A model generated the notes under the pieces. It had not been told where the DNA came from. It saw only the letters and a list, made by a program, of their open reading frames with translations, and did not search any database. This document shows positions 1 to 8,929 of a DNA stretch of 64,000 nucleotides, piece by piece (the stretch's first letter is position 1; each line of letters begins with the position of its first letter). A program made the translations under genes and the position numbers. This DNA comes from Candidatus Aenigmatarchaeota archaeon. Lineage in GTDB: Archaea > Aenigmatarchaeota > Aenigmatarchaeia > QMZS01. Location of the stretch: assembly GCA_023134135.1 (NCBI GenBank), contig JAGLVB010000012.1:4072-68071 (forward strand). The letters are read 5' to 3'.

Positions 1-446
1 CAATATATTTCTAAATAAGCACCTTTTTTAAGTTCTCCGCCTGCAATCATAGCTTCAATAGAATCAATACTTAATATTTCATTTAGATAAGGGTTTGATG
101 CGTATAAGAAAGACCTTGCGGTTCTATAAACACCTTGATTTGATAAACCAAAATCAACAAGATCTCCCACAAGTTCTTTTAAATCAAGTTCCTCTTTTGT
201 TACATAAAAATGTCCTTTATTTGAATACATTGTGTGTGGTTGTGTACTTATTATCATACCATCCTTCTTTTCATACACTCTCAAAGGTTCATCTTGATGT
301 ATCCAGGAATTATAATTATTAAGGTTTCTTTGGGTATTCGCTAAAAACGAATCTTGAACTGATTCAGAATCCATTCCTGATTGCAGATTATTCACAAAAT
401 TCTTCCTGTAATCAGCCAATATTTTCGGATCTATATCTATTTCCAT
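1..446 (-). CDS. hypothetical protein, 3' end beyond left window edge
   Basis: Minus-strand frame opens at ATG 446-444 (MEIDIDPKILADYRKNF...) and stays open to position 1. It is absent from the ORF track because no stop lies in the window. No motif recognised. Confidence 0.45.
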   Translation of the reverse strand, partial: MEIDIDPKILADYRKNFVNNLQSGMDSESVQDSFLANTQRNLNNYNSWIHQDEPLRVYEKKDGMIISTQPHTMYSNKGHFYVTKEELDLKELVGDLVDFGLSNQGVYRTARSFLYASNPYLNEILSIDSIEAMIAGGELKKGAYLEIY

Positions 447-495
447 AACCATCACCAATAAATAACAATTTTAATACTCTAAAAAATATCCAAAT

Positions 496-2049
496 TTAGT
501 ATCTCCTTCTCCTGTTTGGTTTATTTGACCTTCTTCCATCATTCGACCCTGAACCGCTTTTTCCTTTATAACCTCCTGAACTGCTTCCGCCAAAGCCGCT
601 ACTTCGACCACCAGAATTATTGCTGCTTCGACCTCCATAGCCACCTGAACGATTTCCACCATAATTTCCTGAACTGTTTCCACTGCTTTTTCCTTTATAA
701 CCTCCTGAACTGCTTCCGCCATAACTGCCGCTGCTTCTATTTCCAGAATTGCTGCTTCGACCACCATAGCTTCCTGAACTGGAGCCTCCACTTCTTCCAC
801 CGTAATTTCCAGAACGGTTTCCTCCGAATCCGCTGCTTCTTCTCTCAAAACCTCCTCGCTCACTAAATCCACCGCCAGTTCCCCGATTTCCTCCCCGGGT
901 TCCCATATTTCTTTCCTGAATGAGATTCCTATCAAATACGAGTTTAGGTATTTTTGGCACGCCCATGCTTTTTATATCCAGTTTCTTATCTGATAAAACG
1001 CACCTGAAATTATCATAATCTCTTTCACACAATATTGTTATTGCCTCTCCGTTTTTTCCTGCTCTTGCTGTTCTTCCAATCCTGTGAATATAATCTTCTG
1101 AGGTTTTTGGAACATCATAATTGTAAACCTGAGTAACATTCTTTATATCCAAACCTCTTGCTGCCACATCTGTTGCCACAAGAATCTGTATCTTTTCCTT
1201 TTTCAAAGAATCCAAAGCGTGAATTCTTTTGTTTTGGGTAAGACCTCCATGAATAGCCATTGCGTGAATCTTGTTCTGCTTCAGATTTGCTGTGAGATGA
1301 TCTACTTCCATTCTTGTGCCGCAAAAAATAAGAGATAATCCCTCTGATTTCTTTTCAAGTAAATGCATTAATAAAGAAAATTTCCTTCTCCTGTCAACAT
1401 CATAATAAACCTGATTTAATTTACTCTTATCAATCATAGTCTGACCTTTTATAATTAAAGGTGATTTTAAGTATTTTTTTATAACTGACTGAACATTATT
1501 TGGTATTGTAGCGCTAAATAAAAGAGTCTGCCTATTTTTGGGCACATTACTTATAATTTTATCAACATCATCTTTAAATCCCATATCAAACATCCTGTCA
1601 ACTTCGTCAAGCACAAGATATTTTACAGGGTTAAGATTTATTGAATTTCGGTTTAAATGGTCTAAAAGTCTGCCCGGAGTTGCTATAACTAATTCAGAGG
1701 TCTTCAGGTCATGGATCTGCTTCCTAATATCAGTCCCTCCATAGATTGCTGTTGTTCTGAGACCTTTTTCCTTCCCAAAATCATCAAATACCTCCTTAAC
1801 CTGCATGCAGAGTTCTCTTGTTGGGGTTAAAACAAGAGCTTGTATTCCTTTTTTTGAAAGGGTTTTCTCTATAATGGGTATTCCAAAAGCCACAGTCTTC
1901 CCTGAACCAGTTACAGACTGACCTACTATATCCTTTCCTTCTTTTGTTGCAGGTATGCATTTTTCCTGTATTTCAGTGGGTTTCTGAAACCCCTCTTTTT
2001 TTATTCTTTCAAGAATAATTGGGTCAATCCCCAAATCTTCAAACTTCAT
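496..2049 (-). CDS. DEAD-box ATP-dependent RNA helicase with C-terminal Gly/Ser/Arg/Tyr-rich tail
   Basis: Q motif GFQKPTEIQ, Walker A TGSGKT, DEVD box, SAT, HRIGRTARAG. The last ~130 aa are RGG/GYGG-like low complexity. Confidence 0.9.
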   Translation of the reverse strand: MKFEDLGIDPIILERIKKEGFQKPTEIQEKCIPATKEGKDIVGQSVTGSGKTVAFGIPIIEKTLSKKGIQALVLTPTRELCMQVKEVFDDFGKEKGLRTTAIYGGTDIRKQIHDLKTSELVIATPGRLLDHLNRNSINLNPVKYLVLDEVDRMFDMGFKDDVDKIISNVPKNRQTLLFSATIPNNVQSVIKKYLKSPLIIKGQTMIDKSKLNQVYYDVDRRRKFSLLMHLLEKKSEGLSLIFCGTRMEVDHLTANLKQNKIHAMAIHGGLTQNKRIHALDSLKKEKIQILVATDVAARGLDIKNVTQVYNYDVPKTSEDYIHRIGRTARAGKNGEAITILCERDYDNFRCVLSDKKLDIKSMGVPKIPKLVFDRNLIQERNMGTRGGNRGTGGGFSERGGFERRSSGFGGNRSGNYGGRSGGSSSGSYGGRSSNSGNRSSGSYGGSSSGGYKGKSSGNSSGNYGGNRSGGYGGRSSNNSGGRSSGFGGSSSGGYKGKSGSGSNDGRRSNKPNRRRRY

Positions 2050-2236
2050 TAATAGTAATGTATTTCTTTTATATTAGGACCTTTTTTTACTCCTATTTAG
2101 AAAAGAAAATTTTGGGTTTTGAAAATACGATTTGAATGGGGTTATGGGAGTTTTTGGTGAATGAAGTAAATTATTCTCTAAATCCGGCTTTAATTTGTGG
2201 ATGGGAACTTTACTTAGTAATCTTTATAAATTATAA

Positions 2237-2403
2237 ATAAAGTTCCCCGACCTGAAGGACGGGGTATTTAAAAATTAGTAAAAATATTTAACCACCCTCT
2301 TTACATATCCCTCATACGCAGTGATTCGCTTTCTTAACCATTAGTATTTTTGTTTTTAGTGGATTTCAATCCCCAACCTAAAGGATGGGGTATTTGAGAA
2401 TAA
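2237..2403. repeat. paired-hairpin element, copy A (mini-array-like / MITE-like)
   Basis: Two direct ~40-nt repeats with hairpins CCCCGACCTGAAGGACGGGG and CCCCAACCTAAAGGATGGGG. Each is followed by GTATTT, and they flank a ~77-nt insert. Homologous to 8930-9091 and 44799-44961. Confidence 0.8.
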
Positions 2404-2534
2404 AAATTGACTGGGACGATATTGATGAAGTCGCCGAGAAAACAGTGTTATTCATTAACAGGATGGAAAGATTAATGGGAGAAATTGAGAACTAAAACAC
2501 ATTCAATTTACTATTTATCAAATAACTAACAATT

Positions 2535-2972
2535 ATGGATATTGAGGTTCTAAAAGAAGGAATAATTAATAAATTAAAGAGTCTTGAGTATTTTGACAAC
2601 TTACTATTCATATATGTTTTCGGTTCCCAAATTAGTGGAAATCCAAGAAAAGATTCTGACATCGATATATGTTTGTTTTATGAAATTGAAGATAAAAAAA
2701 AGTTGCACAAACTGGAATTAAAAGTAAAAGGCAGTTTCCCTGAAAAATATGATTTGCAGTTTTTCCAATCTCTTCCTCTATATGTAAAAAAATCCATCTT
2801 CAAAGGAAAATTAATTTACTGCAAAAATGAAAATCTTGTCTTTGACCTTGCTCTCAAAACATTCCGGGATTTTGAGGATTTTGAGCCAAAATATTTACTT
2901 TATATAGAAGATAATTATGGAACTAAAAACAAGGATAGAAGAAAAATTAGTGCGGTCTCGCGAAGCCCTTGA
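2535..2972 (+). CDS. minimal nucleotidyltransferase (MNT-type antitoxin)
   Basis: FGSQISGNPRKDSDIDICLF matches the GS...DxD nucleotidyltransferase signature. Small size, and it overlaps the downstream HEPN gene. Confidence 0.8.
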   Translation: MDIEVLKEGIINKLKSLEYFDNLLFIYVFGSQISGNPRKDSDIDICLFYEIEDKKKLHKLELKVKGSFPEKYDLQFFQSLPLYVKKSIFKGKLIYCKNENLVFDLALKTFRDFEDFEPKYLLYIEDNYGTKNKDRRKISAVSRSP

Positions 2973-3339
2973 AGAAATTGATGAAAACCTGCCGGAAAAA
3001 TTTGAAGAATTTCAGGAATTGGGTTTAGTAAAAGACGGAATCTACAAAAAAACAGAATTCATAATTCAAAATATATTGGACATTTGCGCAATTCTGGTTA
3101 AAAAACTTAAACTTGGCATCCCTGAAGATGATTTTGATATTCTGCAAAAACTAAACAAAACATTTGATAAAAAAACCATAAACAAAATAATTGAACTGCG
3201 AGGTTTCAGGAATTTTTTAGTGCATCGATATGGAAATATTGATGATGAAATTGCATTTGAAGATATTGAAACAGGTATAAAAGATTTTGAAAAAATCTTT
3301 GATGAAATTGAAAAGGTAATTAAAACCCAAAAAATCTAA
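2917..3339 (+). CDS. HEPN/DUF86-type toxin
   Basis: RNFLVHRY matches the Rx4-6H HEPN motif. Helical ~140-aa protein directly downstream of the MNT gene. Confidence 0.75.
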   Translation: MELKTRIEEKLVRSREALEEIDENLPEKFEEFQELGLVKDGIYKKTEFIIQNILDICAILVKKLKLGIPEDDFDILQKLNKTFDKKTINKIIELRGFRNFLVHRYGNIDDEIAFEDIETGIKDFEKIFDEIEKVIKTQKI

Positions 3340-6300
3340 GCAGTATATTCAACTTCTTCTACTTTACTTACTAATGGCGCATGTGTCGCCTTTTCAAAGT
3401 CTTCATAACTTTTTATCAATTTTTCAGGGATTGAAGGTCTCATATCCTTCAGAATTTCATCAAAATGTTTCTTTGTGACTTTATCATTCCCTTTGTGTTT
3501 CAGGCTTTCTTTTAATGCAAGCATTGTTGCTTCTTTGCATAAAAATTCCAAATCAGCCCCAGAGAAATTCTTTGTCTTTTTCGCAATTTCCTCAAGATTC
3601 ACATTTTTATCAATAGGAACATTTTTCGTGTGAACTTTCAGGATTTCAATTCTTCCCTTTTCTTCAGGAGCGGAAATTAATATGTGTCTGTCAAATCTTC
3701 CTGGTCGCAATAAAGAACTATCAACAATATCCGGTCGGTTTGTTGCTGCCATTATCACAACGCCTTTAATCTCTTCAATGCCGCTCATTTCTGTTAATAA
3801 CTGGGAAACCAGAGTATCAACAACCTCTGTTCTGCTTGTTCCCCTTGAATGGGTCATTGCATCAATCTCATCAAAGAAAATTATTGAAGGGGCTGACTGT
3901 TTTGCTTTCCTGAAAATTTCCCTTAATTTTTTCTCGCTTTCGCCAACCCATTTGCTTAACAATTCAGGTCCTTTTACAGAAATAAAGTTTGCGCCTGATT
4001 CATTTGCTACTGCTTTTGCTATCAAGGTTTTTCCTGTTCCCGGAGGACCATAAAGCAGGATTCCTTTTGGTGGAGTTAAATTAAATTTATCAAATTGCTC
4101 AGGATATTTCAAGGGCCATTCAATGACTTCTTTTAATTTCTGCTTAACTTTTTCAAGTCCTCCAACATCCGACCATTTCACTTTTGGTATTTCAATCAAA
4201 ACTTCTCTCAGCGCGGAAGGCTCTACTTTTTGCATTGCATAATCAAAATCCACTCTTTTTATAATCAATTTTTCCATCTGTTCCTCAGATAATTCCTGCC
4301 CTTTAAGAGAAGAAATATCCGGCAACACTCTTCTTAATGTGTGCATTGCGGCCTCTTTGCACAATGCTTCAAGGTCTGCGCCAACATAACCGTAAGTTTT
4401 TTCGGCAATGTCATATATCATCTTTTTTATAGAAGAAGAAACAATTTCTTCCATGAAATTTTTATTTATTACTTGATATTTTTCAAGTTTTTTATAAATA
4501 TCATCCACTTTAGTCTCTTCTTTTTCATTAATAGTTTTAGAAGGTATTTTATTTCTTGGATCCTTTTCCCCTCTTAATCGTCTTATATACTGGGTGGAAT
4601 TTATTTTTTGAGTTATTTTTTTTAAGATTTTTAAATATTTCTCTTTCTCTGTTGATAATTTCTTATTAAATTTAGTTATTTCAACAAGACCTTCTTTAGA
4701 TTCTTTTAGTTTAGTTTGAATATCCAATATTTTTTTTTCAATACCTCCAATATTATTTTCTAAAGACCTTAATTTATTTTCAATACCTCCAATATTATTT
4801 TCTAAAGACCTTAATTTATTTTCAATACCTCCAATATTATTTTCTAAAGAATTTAATATAGGTTCCTTGGATTTTACTTTATTTTCTAACTCCTGTAATT
4901 GAACATTTTTACCTCTTAATTTGAGCATTATCTTTTGTACGAGAGACTCAGAATTATAATTTAATTGTTTTTTAAGTTCTTGAATTTCTTCAATTATTGT
5001 ATTTCGTTCTAATAACATACTTCTTTTATCTGAATTTGTCCTGTCTAATTCCAAAAGCAACTTTTTTTTATCTGAATTTATCCTGTCTAATTCCAAAAGC
5101 AACTTTTTTTTATCTGAATTTATAGTCTCCACTTCCAAAAATAATTTTTCTTTTTCTGATTTATTTTCCTTTATTTCCAACTCATATAAAATTATCTTCT
5201 TTTTACACTCCACATTATAATTTTTAAGTTTATTTATCAACAATTCTGGGATAATATTTTTATCCCAAGCATATAAAGGCATATTCCTTGAGTGAATCTG
5301 CAGTATCTCGAGTCTGCCCTCGCTGTTTGGAATGCCAATCACAATTTCCCTGTCAAATCTTCCCGGTCTTCTTAAAGCGGGGTCTAAAGAATCCGGTCGG
5401 TTTGTTGCGCCAATCACAATTACCTGACCTCTTGTTTTTAATCCATCCATCATGGTCAGTAACTGAGACACAACTCTCCTCTCAACTTCCCCTGAAACAT
5501 CTTCTCTCTTCGGAGCAATTGCATCAATTTCATCAATAAATATTATTGAAGGCGCATTTTTCTCAGCATCATCAAATATTTTTCTCAAATTTTCTTCTGA
5601 CTGCCCATACCATTTGCTCATAATTTCAGGTCCCGCAATTGAATAAAATTTTACACCGCTTTCATTTGCAACTGCTTTCGCCAATAAGGTTTTTCCTGTT
5701 CCCGGGGGACCGTGCAATAAAACGCCTTTTGGAGGTTTAACACCTAATATCTCAAAAGGTTTATTGTGCCTCAATGGCAACTCAATAACTTCCCTCACAG
5801 AATCTATTTCTCTTTTCAGACCCCCAAGGTCATCATAAGTAACCCCGGAAATACTCTCCTCTTCCTTAACTTCAACAGCCTTCGAAATAACTTCTACCTG
5901 AGTTGCTTCTCCAATAAATCCGCCTTCTTTAGGAGAAACCTCAACAACAATAAATTGTATATCTCCAAGAGGATTAAAAGAACTAACATTTTCTCCAAAA
6001 AAACTATCAATAAATTTCTCAAGAAATTCTGAGTCTCTTCTCCTCATAACTGTTGGAACAAAAAGATCCCCTTTTGATACAGGTCTCTTGTATAAATTCT
6101 GGACTATGAACCCGGGGTCAATTCTTACCATAATACCTTTTTGAGCTGGAGCAATTACTATTTTTTTTGCTTCTGTTAACTCAGCCTTTCTCACCTTAAC
6201 TCTTTCTCCAACACCAGTCTGGCAGTTCTTTCTTGAAATTCCGTCAATCCTAATAATATCCAGACCAATATCGCTGGGATAAGATCTTATTGCAATCAGA

Positions 6301-6452
6301 TAAGTTTTCCTTTTTCCTTCCACTTCAATATATTCTCCTTCCCTGATGCCAAGTTTTATCATAAAATTTGAACTTAATCTCGCAATTCCTTTTCCATAAT
6401 CCTGCCTGTTTTCAGATAAGCCTCCAACAGTTAATTTTAAATCCTCATTCAT
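3336..6452 (-). CDS. CDC48/VCP-like AAA+ ATPase with large coiled-coil insertion
   Basis: CDC48-type N domain. Two AAA modules, each with GPPGTGKT Walker A and DEID Walker B. About 330 aa of repeat-rich coiled coil lie between [14 protein letters not shown] and [11 protein letters not shown] of D1. Confidence 0.9.
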   Translation of the reverse strand: MNEDLKLTVGGLSENRQDYGKGIARLSSNFMIKLGIREGEYIEVEGKRKTYLIAIRSYPSDIGLDIIRIDGISRKNCQTGVGERVKVRKAELTEAKKIVIAPAQKGIMVRIDPGFIVQNLYKRPVSKGDLFVPTVMRRRDSEFLEKFIDSFFGENVSSFNPLGDIQFIVVEVSPKEGGFIGEATQVEVISKAVEVKEEESISGVTYDDLGGLKREIDSVREVIELPLRHNKPFEILGVKPPKGVLLHGPPGTGKTLLAKAVANESGVKFYSIAGPEIMSKWYGQSEENLRKIFDDAEKNAPSIIFIDEIDAIAPKREDVSGEVERRVVSQLLTMMDGLKTRGQVIVIGATNRPDSLDPALRRPGRFDREIVIGIPNSEGRLEILQIHSRNMPLYAWDKNIIPELLINKLKNYNVECKKKIILYELEIKENKSEKEKLFLEVETINSDKKKLLLELDRINSDKKKLLLELDRTNSDKRSMLLERNTIIEEIQELKKQLNYNSESLVQKIMLKLRGKNVQLQELENKVKSKEPILNSLENNIGGIENKLRSLENNIGGIENKLRSLENNIGGIEKKILDIQTKLKESKEGLVEITKFNKKLSTEKEKYLKILKKITQKINSTQYIRRLRGEKDPRNKIPSKTINEKEETKVDDIYKKLEKYQVINKNFMEEIVSSSIKKMIYDIAEKTYGYVGADLEALCKEAAMHTLRRVLPDISSLKGQELSEEQMEKLIIKRVDFDYAMQKVEPSALREVLIEIPKVKWSDVGGLEKVKQKLKEVIEWPLKYPEQFDKFNLTPPKGILLYGPPGTGKTLIAKAVANESGANFISVKGPELLSKWVGESEKKLREIFRKAKQSAPSIIFFDEIDAMTHSRGTSRTEVVDTLVSQLLTEMSGIEEIKGVVIMAATNRPDIVDSSLLRPGRFDRHILISAPEEKGRIEILKVHTKNVPIDKNVNLEEIAKKTKNFSGADLEFLCKEATMLALKESLKHKGNDKVTKKHFDEILKDMRPSIPEKLIKSYEDFEKATHAPLVSKVEEVEYTA
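4739..4850. repeat. 42-bp tandem repeat (2.7 units) inside the CDC48 insertion
   Basis: caatacctccaatattattttctaaagaccttaatttatttt is repeated head to tail. It encodes [14 protein letters not shown] repeats. Confidence 0.9.
5024..5123. repeat. ~43-bp tandem repeat inside the CDC48 insertion
   Basis: ttatctgaatttatcctgtctaattccaaaagcaactttttt is repeated. It encodes [14 protein letters not shown] repeats. Confidence 0.85.
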
Positions 6453-6477
6453 AATTAAGATTGTAATAAATTATAAA

Positions 6478-6897
6478 TTATTGTATTATTGGAATAAACT
6501 GGGTTTTCCCTTTGCATCCGACAACTTCTATTACAAATCCTTTTACATCTTCGTAATTATTTTCTATTGTGTCTTTATCAAAAGTTATTTTAGTTGGAGT
6601 ATTTGCCTCAAAAGGACCTTCTATTTTTTTTATAAAAGCTTTCTGGTTTGTGTCAAGAAAAACATAAAGATTATACGCATTTACGCTTGTTCCTACATTC
6701 TGCACAGTCAATGTGCCCGCATCATAATCATAATTATAATAGGTCAAATCCAATTTACTGCAGGTTTCAAGAGAAACAAGTTCTGACTGCGTGTAACCCA
6801 TAGCCCAAGTTCCTACAATTGCCGCAATAGCCGTACTGAAAGCTATTAAAAGTACACTTGCAACTATGGGGGAAATTCCCTTTAATCCCTGCAACAT
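6478..6897 (-). CDS. archaeal type IV pilin-like protein (class III signal peptide)
   Basis: N-terminus MLQGLKGISPIVASVLLIAFSTAIAAIV matches the KG-ISP-I-hydrophobic class III signal of archaeal pilins. Confidence 0.7.
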   Translation of the reverse strand: MLQGLKGISPIVASVLLIAFSTAIAAIVGTWAMGYTQSELVSLETCSKLDLTYYNYDYDAGTLTVQNVGTSVNAYNLYVFLDTNQKAFIKKIEGPFEANTPTKITFDKDTIENNYEDVKGFVIEVVGCKGKTQFIPIIQ

Positions 6898-6955
6898 AAT
6901 ATATATAAGTATTTATTCAAAAAGAAAGTATTTAATTTTATCTAAATAGTTTTAT

Positions 6956-7135
6956 GCCACGGTAGCTCAATCCGGTAGAGCACCGGTTTTGTAAACCGAA
7001 GGTTGTGGGTTCAATGCAACCCTTTTCATTGATGAAGCAAATGCTCGTCTTTCAGACGGCACCTCAATTTGCTTCGCAAATAGAGGAAAGGTCTGCACCC
7101 CAAAAAGGTGCAAAGTGAAAATCCCCCCCGTGGCT
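6956..7135 (+). tRNA. tRNA-Thr(UGU) with ~105-nt intron in the T-loop
   Basis: Acceptor GCCACGG/CCGTGGC (7/7), D arm GCTC..GAGC, anticodon loop TTTGTAA. The T-stem 5' half GTGGG-TTCAA at 7005-7014 is separated from AAATCCCCC at about 7120-7127. One mismatch each in the anticodon stem and T stem. Confidence 0.75.
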
Positions 7136-7161
7136 GTTTTTATTTATTTCAAAAAAGGAAA

Positions 7162-7425
7162 TTAATCTTTTTCCATTTCTCCAACTTTTTTTAAAACCTT
7201 TTTACCTTCCTCGGTCAAGATATATATTCTTCCTTTAACTTCTTTAGGATTCACGCATTTCACCAATCCCTCATTCGCCAAGTCCTTTAATTTCAAAGAT
7301 GTATTTGGAAGACTGGCTTTTAAAGATTTTGATAATTGTTTTGGCGTCTTCGGAGAACTTAATAGAGCGATTATCCTTTTTCTGCTTTCACTTTTTAAAA
7401 CAAAACTAATTTTATCCCATTTCAT
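7162..7425 (-). CDS. ArsR/MarR-like winged-helix transcriptional regulator
   Basis: ESRKRIIALLSSPKTPKQLSKSL...LKDLANEGLV...GRIYILTEEGKKVL has the typical wHTH layout. Confidence 0.6.
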   Translation of the reverse strand: MKWDKISFVLKSESRKRIIALLSSPKTPKQLSKSLKASLPNTSLKLKDLANEGLVKCVNPKEVKGRIYILTEEGKKVLKKVGEMEKD

Positions 7426-7552
7426 TAGTTGGTTTAATAAGCCTTGTATTATCTTTGAATATAGATTTATTAAGTATTGATTATAGTTTGATTAAGTATA
7501 AAATAATTATGAATATTGGAAATGAAATACCCACCGTTCGCTTCGCTCACTT

Positions 7553-7758
7553 CGCAGCAAGCTGCGGGGTATCTTTTAATTGAAATTCATGAAGTTTTAA
7601 TTGAGTAACATTTCCTCCCTGTTTTTTCACATACTTTTTCACTTCTTCCAAATCTCTGCCATCACCCACGTGATGCGATAGGTGCAATGACCTGCATGAC
7701 GGACTTCCATAATTCAAAAGAATTATTAATCTTTTATCGCAGCAAGCTGCGGGGTATT
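7553..7758. repeat. second paired-hairpin element (CGCAGCAAGCTGCG-GGGTAT twice)
   Basis: Identical hairpin plus GGGTAT tail at 7553-7572 and 7738-7758, in direct orientation, flanking ~165 nt. Confidence 0.7.
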
Positions 7759-7765
7759 AAACCCA

Positions 7766-7972
7766 TTGGGGAATAAAACAAAATCCTCTTATCCAGAAAA
7801 AAAGCCAATAGAAGGGATTTGTTGCAGAGACTGTAAAAGAAGATATAAAATTGAACCGGACGAAACTCCGGATGATTGCGGTAAAAGATTTGGGTTGAAA
7901 AGAATTAACAAAAACGGAGATACTTTTGATGAGAATGGAATTTATGTTTGTGGAGATTGTTTTATAAAATAA
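7766..7972 (+). CDS. small Cys-rich (zinc-ribbon-like) protein
   Basis: 68-aa ORF with CCRDC...DDCG...VCGDC cysteine pairs. No other support. Confidence 0.4.
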   Translation: MGNKTKSSYPEKKPIEGICCRDCKRRYKIEPDETPDDCGKRFGLKRINKNGDTFDENGIYVCGDCFIK

Positions 7973-8037
7973 AATAAAATCCCCCAACTAACAAAAATAA
8001 AAAATTAACAAAATAAAAAATCACTCAAAAACAAAAA

Positions 8038-8718
8038 CTAATATTTTAATTTAGCTGCTTGATTCTGTTCTTTCTGAATTGCTCCTATCTCTTTGATTCT
8101 TACATTGACTTCGTCTTCAATTTCCAATGCCTTTGCAATATCAGCGCACCTGTTTCTTACTGTTACTTCTGTCACGCCAATCGCTTCTGCAACTCCTCTT
8201 TGTGAAACTGTGTTGTTGTTCATTATTGCTGCTATGTACAATGTTGCTGCTGCCAATCCAATAGGACCTTTTCCTGAAAATCCTCTGTTTGCTCTCAATG
8301 CTTTCAAATATTTGTTTGCTCTGGTCTGCACTTTGTCATCCATTTTTAACAAAGTTGCGCACCTTGGAACATAAGCTATTGCTGTTGAAGGAATTACTCT
8401 TATGTTTAGTTTTGATGCTACATACCTATAGTTTCTCCCGAATTCTCTTTTGTCAACTCCCGCGATATCGCAGATTTCTGACATTAGTCTTGGAGAACCA
8501 TGCTCTCTGGACAAAGCATAAATTAAGGTGCCAAGTACAGTCTCAACACGCCTTCCTTTTACAAGTCCTTTCTCAACAGCTCTCTGGTACATTACACCTA
8601 TTTTCTCCTTTAGTTCCTCAGGCAAACACAATGCAGAAGACATTCTGTTCAATTCAGATAAAGCAAACTCGCCGTTTTTGTCTTTTTCGTCTTTACCAAT
8701 ATTTTCTACCTTTAACAT
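8038..8718 (-). CDS. tfb: transcription initiation factor B (TFB) core-domain protein lacking the N-terminal zinc ribbon
   Basis: Two cyclin-like repeats (ETVLGTLIYALSREHG...; IGLAAATLYIAAIM...VSQRGVAEAIGVTEVTVRNR). An in-frame stop lies 7 codons upstream of the ATG. A TATA-like TTTATATA lies upstream. Confidence 0.8.
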   Translation of the reverse strand: MLKVENIGKDEKDKNGEFALSELNRMSSALCLPEELKEKIGVMYQRAVEKGLVKGRRVETVLGTLIYALSREHGSPRLMSEICDIAGVDKREFGRNYRYVASKLNIRVIPSTAIAYVPRCATLLKMDDKVQTRANKYLKALRANRGFSGKGPIGLAAATLYIAAIMNNNTVSQRGVAEAIGVTEVTVRNRCADIAKALEIEDEVNVRIKEIGAIQKEQNQAAKLKY

Positions 8719-8929
8719 ATTTACACCACTTTTCAGTTAGAAAAGCATTTAATTATATAACTTTAAAGTATATAAAGACTTCGGTCTTCTAATATATATT
8801 TTACACTATAAAATAATTACAGTTTCAGTTATATTTATGCTACTTTCCATAACTAATACACTTTTTGAATTATATGTTAATAGTACTAAAATAATTTTAT
8901 TTTTTGGACTGAAAATCCATATTCTCAAA

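Noticed and set aside
471-935. ORFs 471-935 (-) and 516-866 (+)
   Set aside because: They are alternative-frame readings of the low-complexity Gly/Ser tail of the DEAD-box helicase gene.
3682-6032. Plus-strand ORFs inside the CDC48 gene (3682-4053, 4341-4577, 5288-5539, 5766-6032)
   Set aside because: They are antisense to a strongly supported 1038-aa gene and have a low-complexity composition.
8093-8792. Plus-strand ORFs 8093-8374, 8289-8792, 8528-8740
   Set aside because: They are antisense to the TFB gene, which has clear cyclin-fold motifs.
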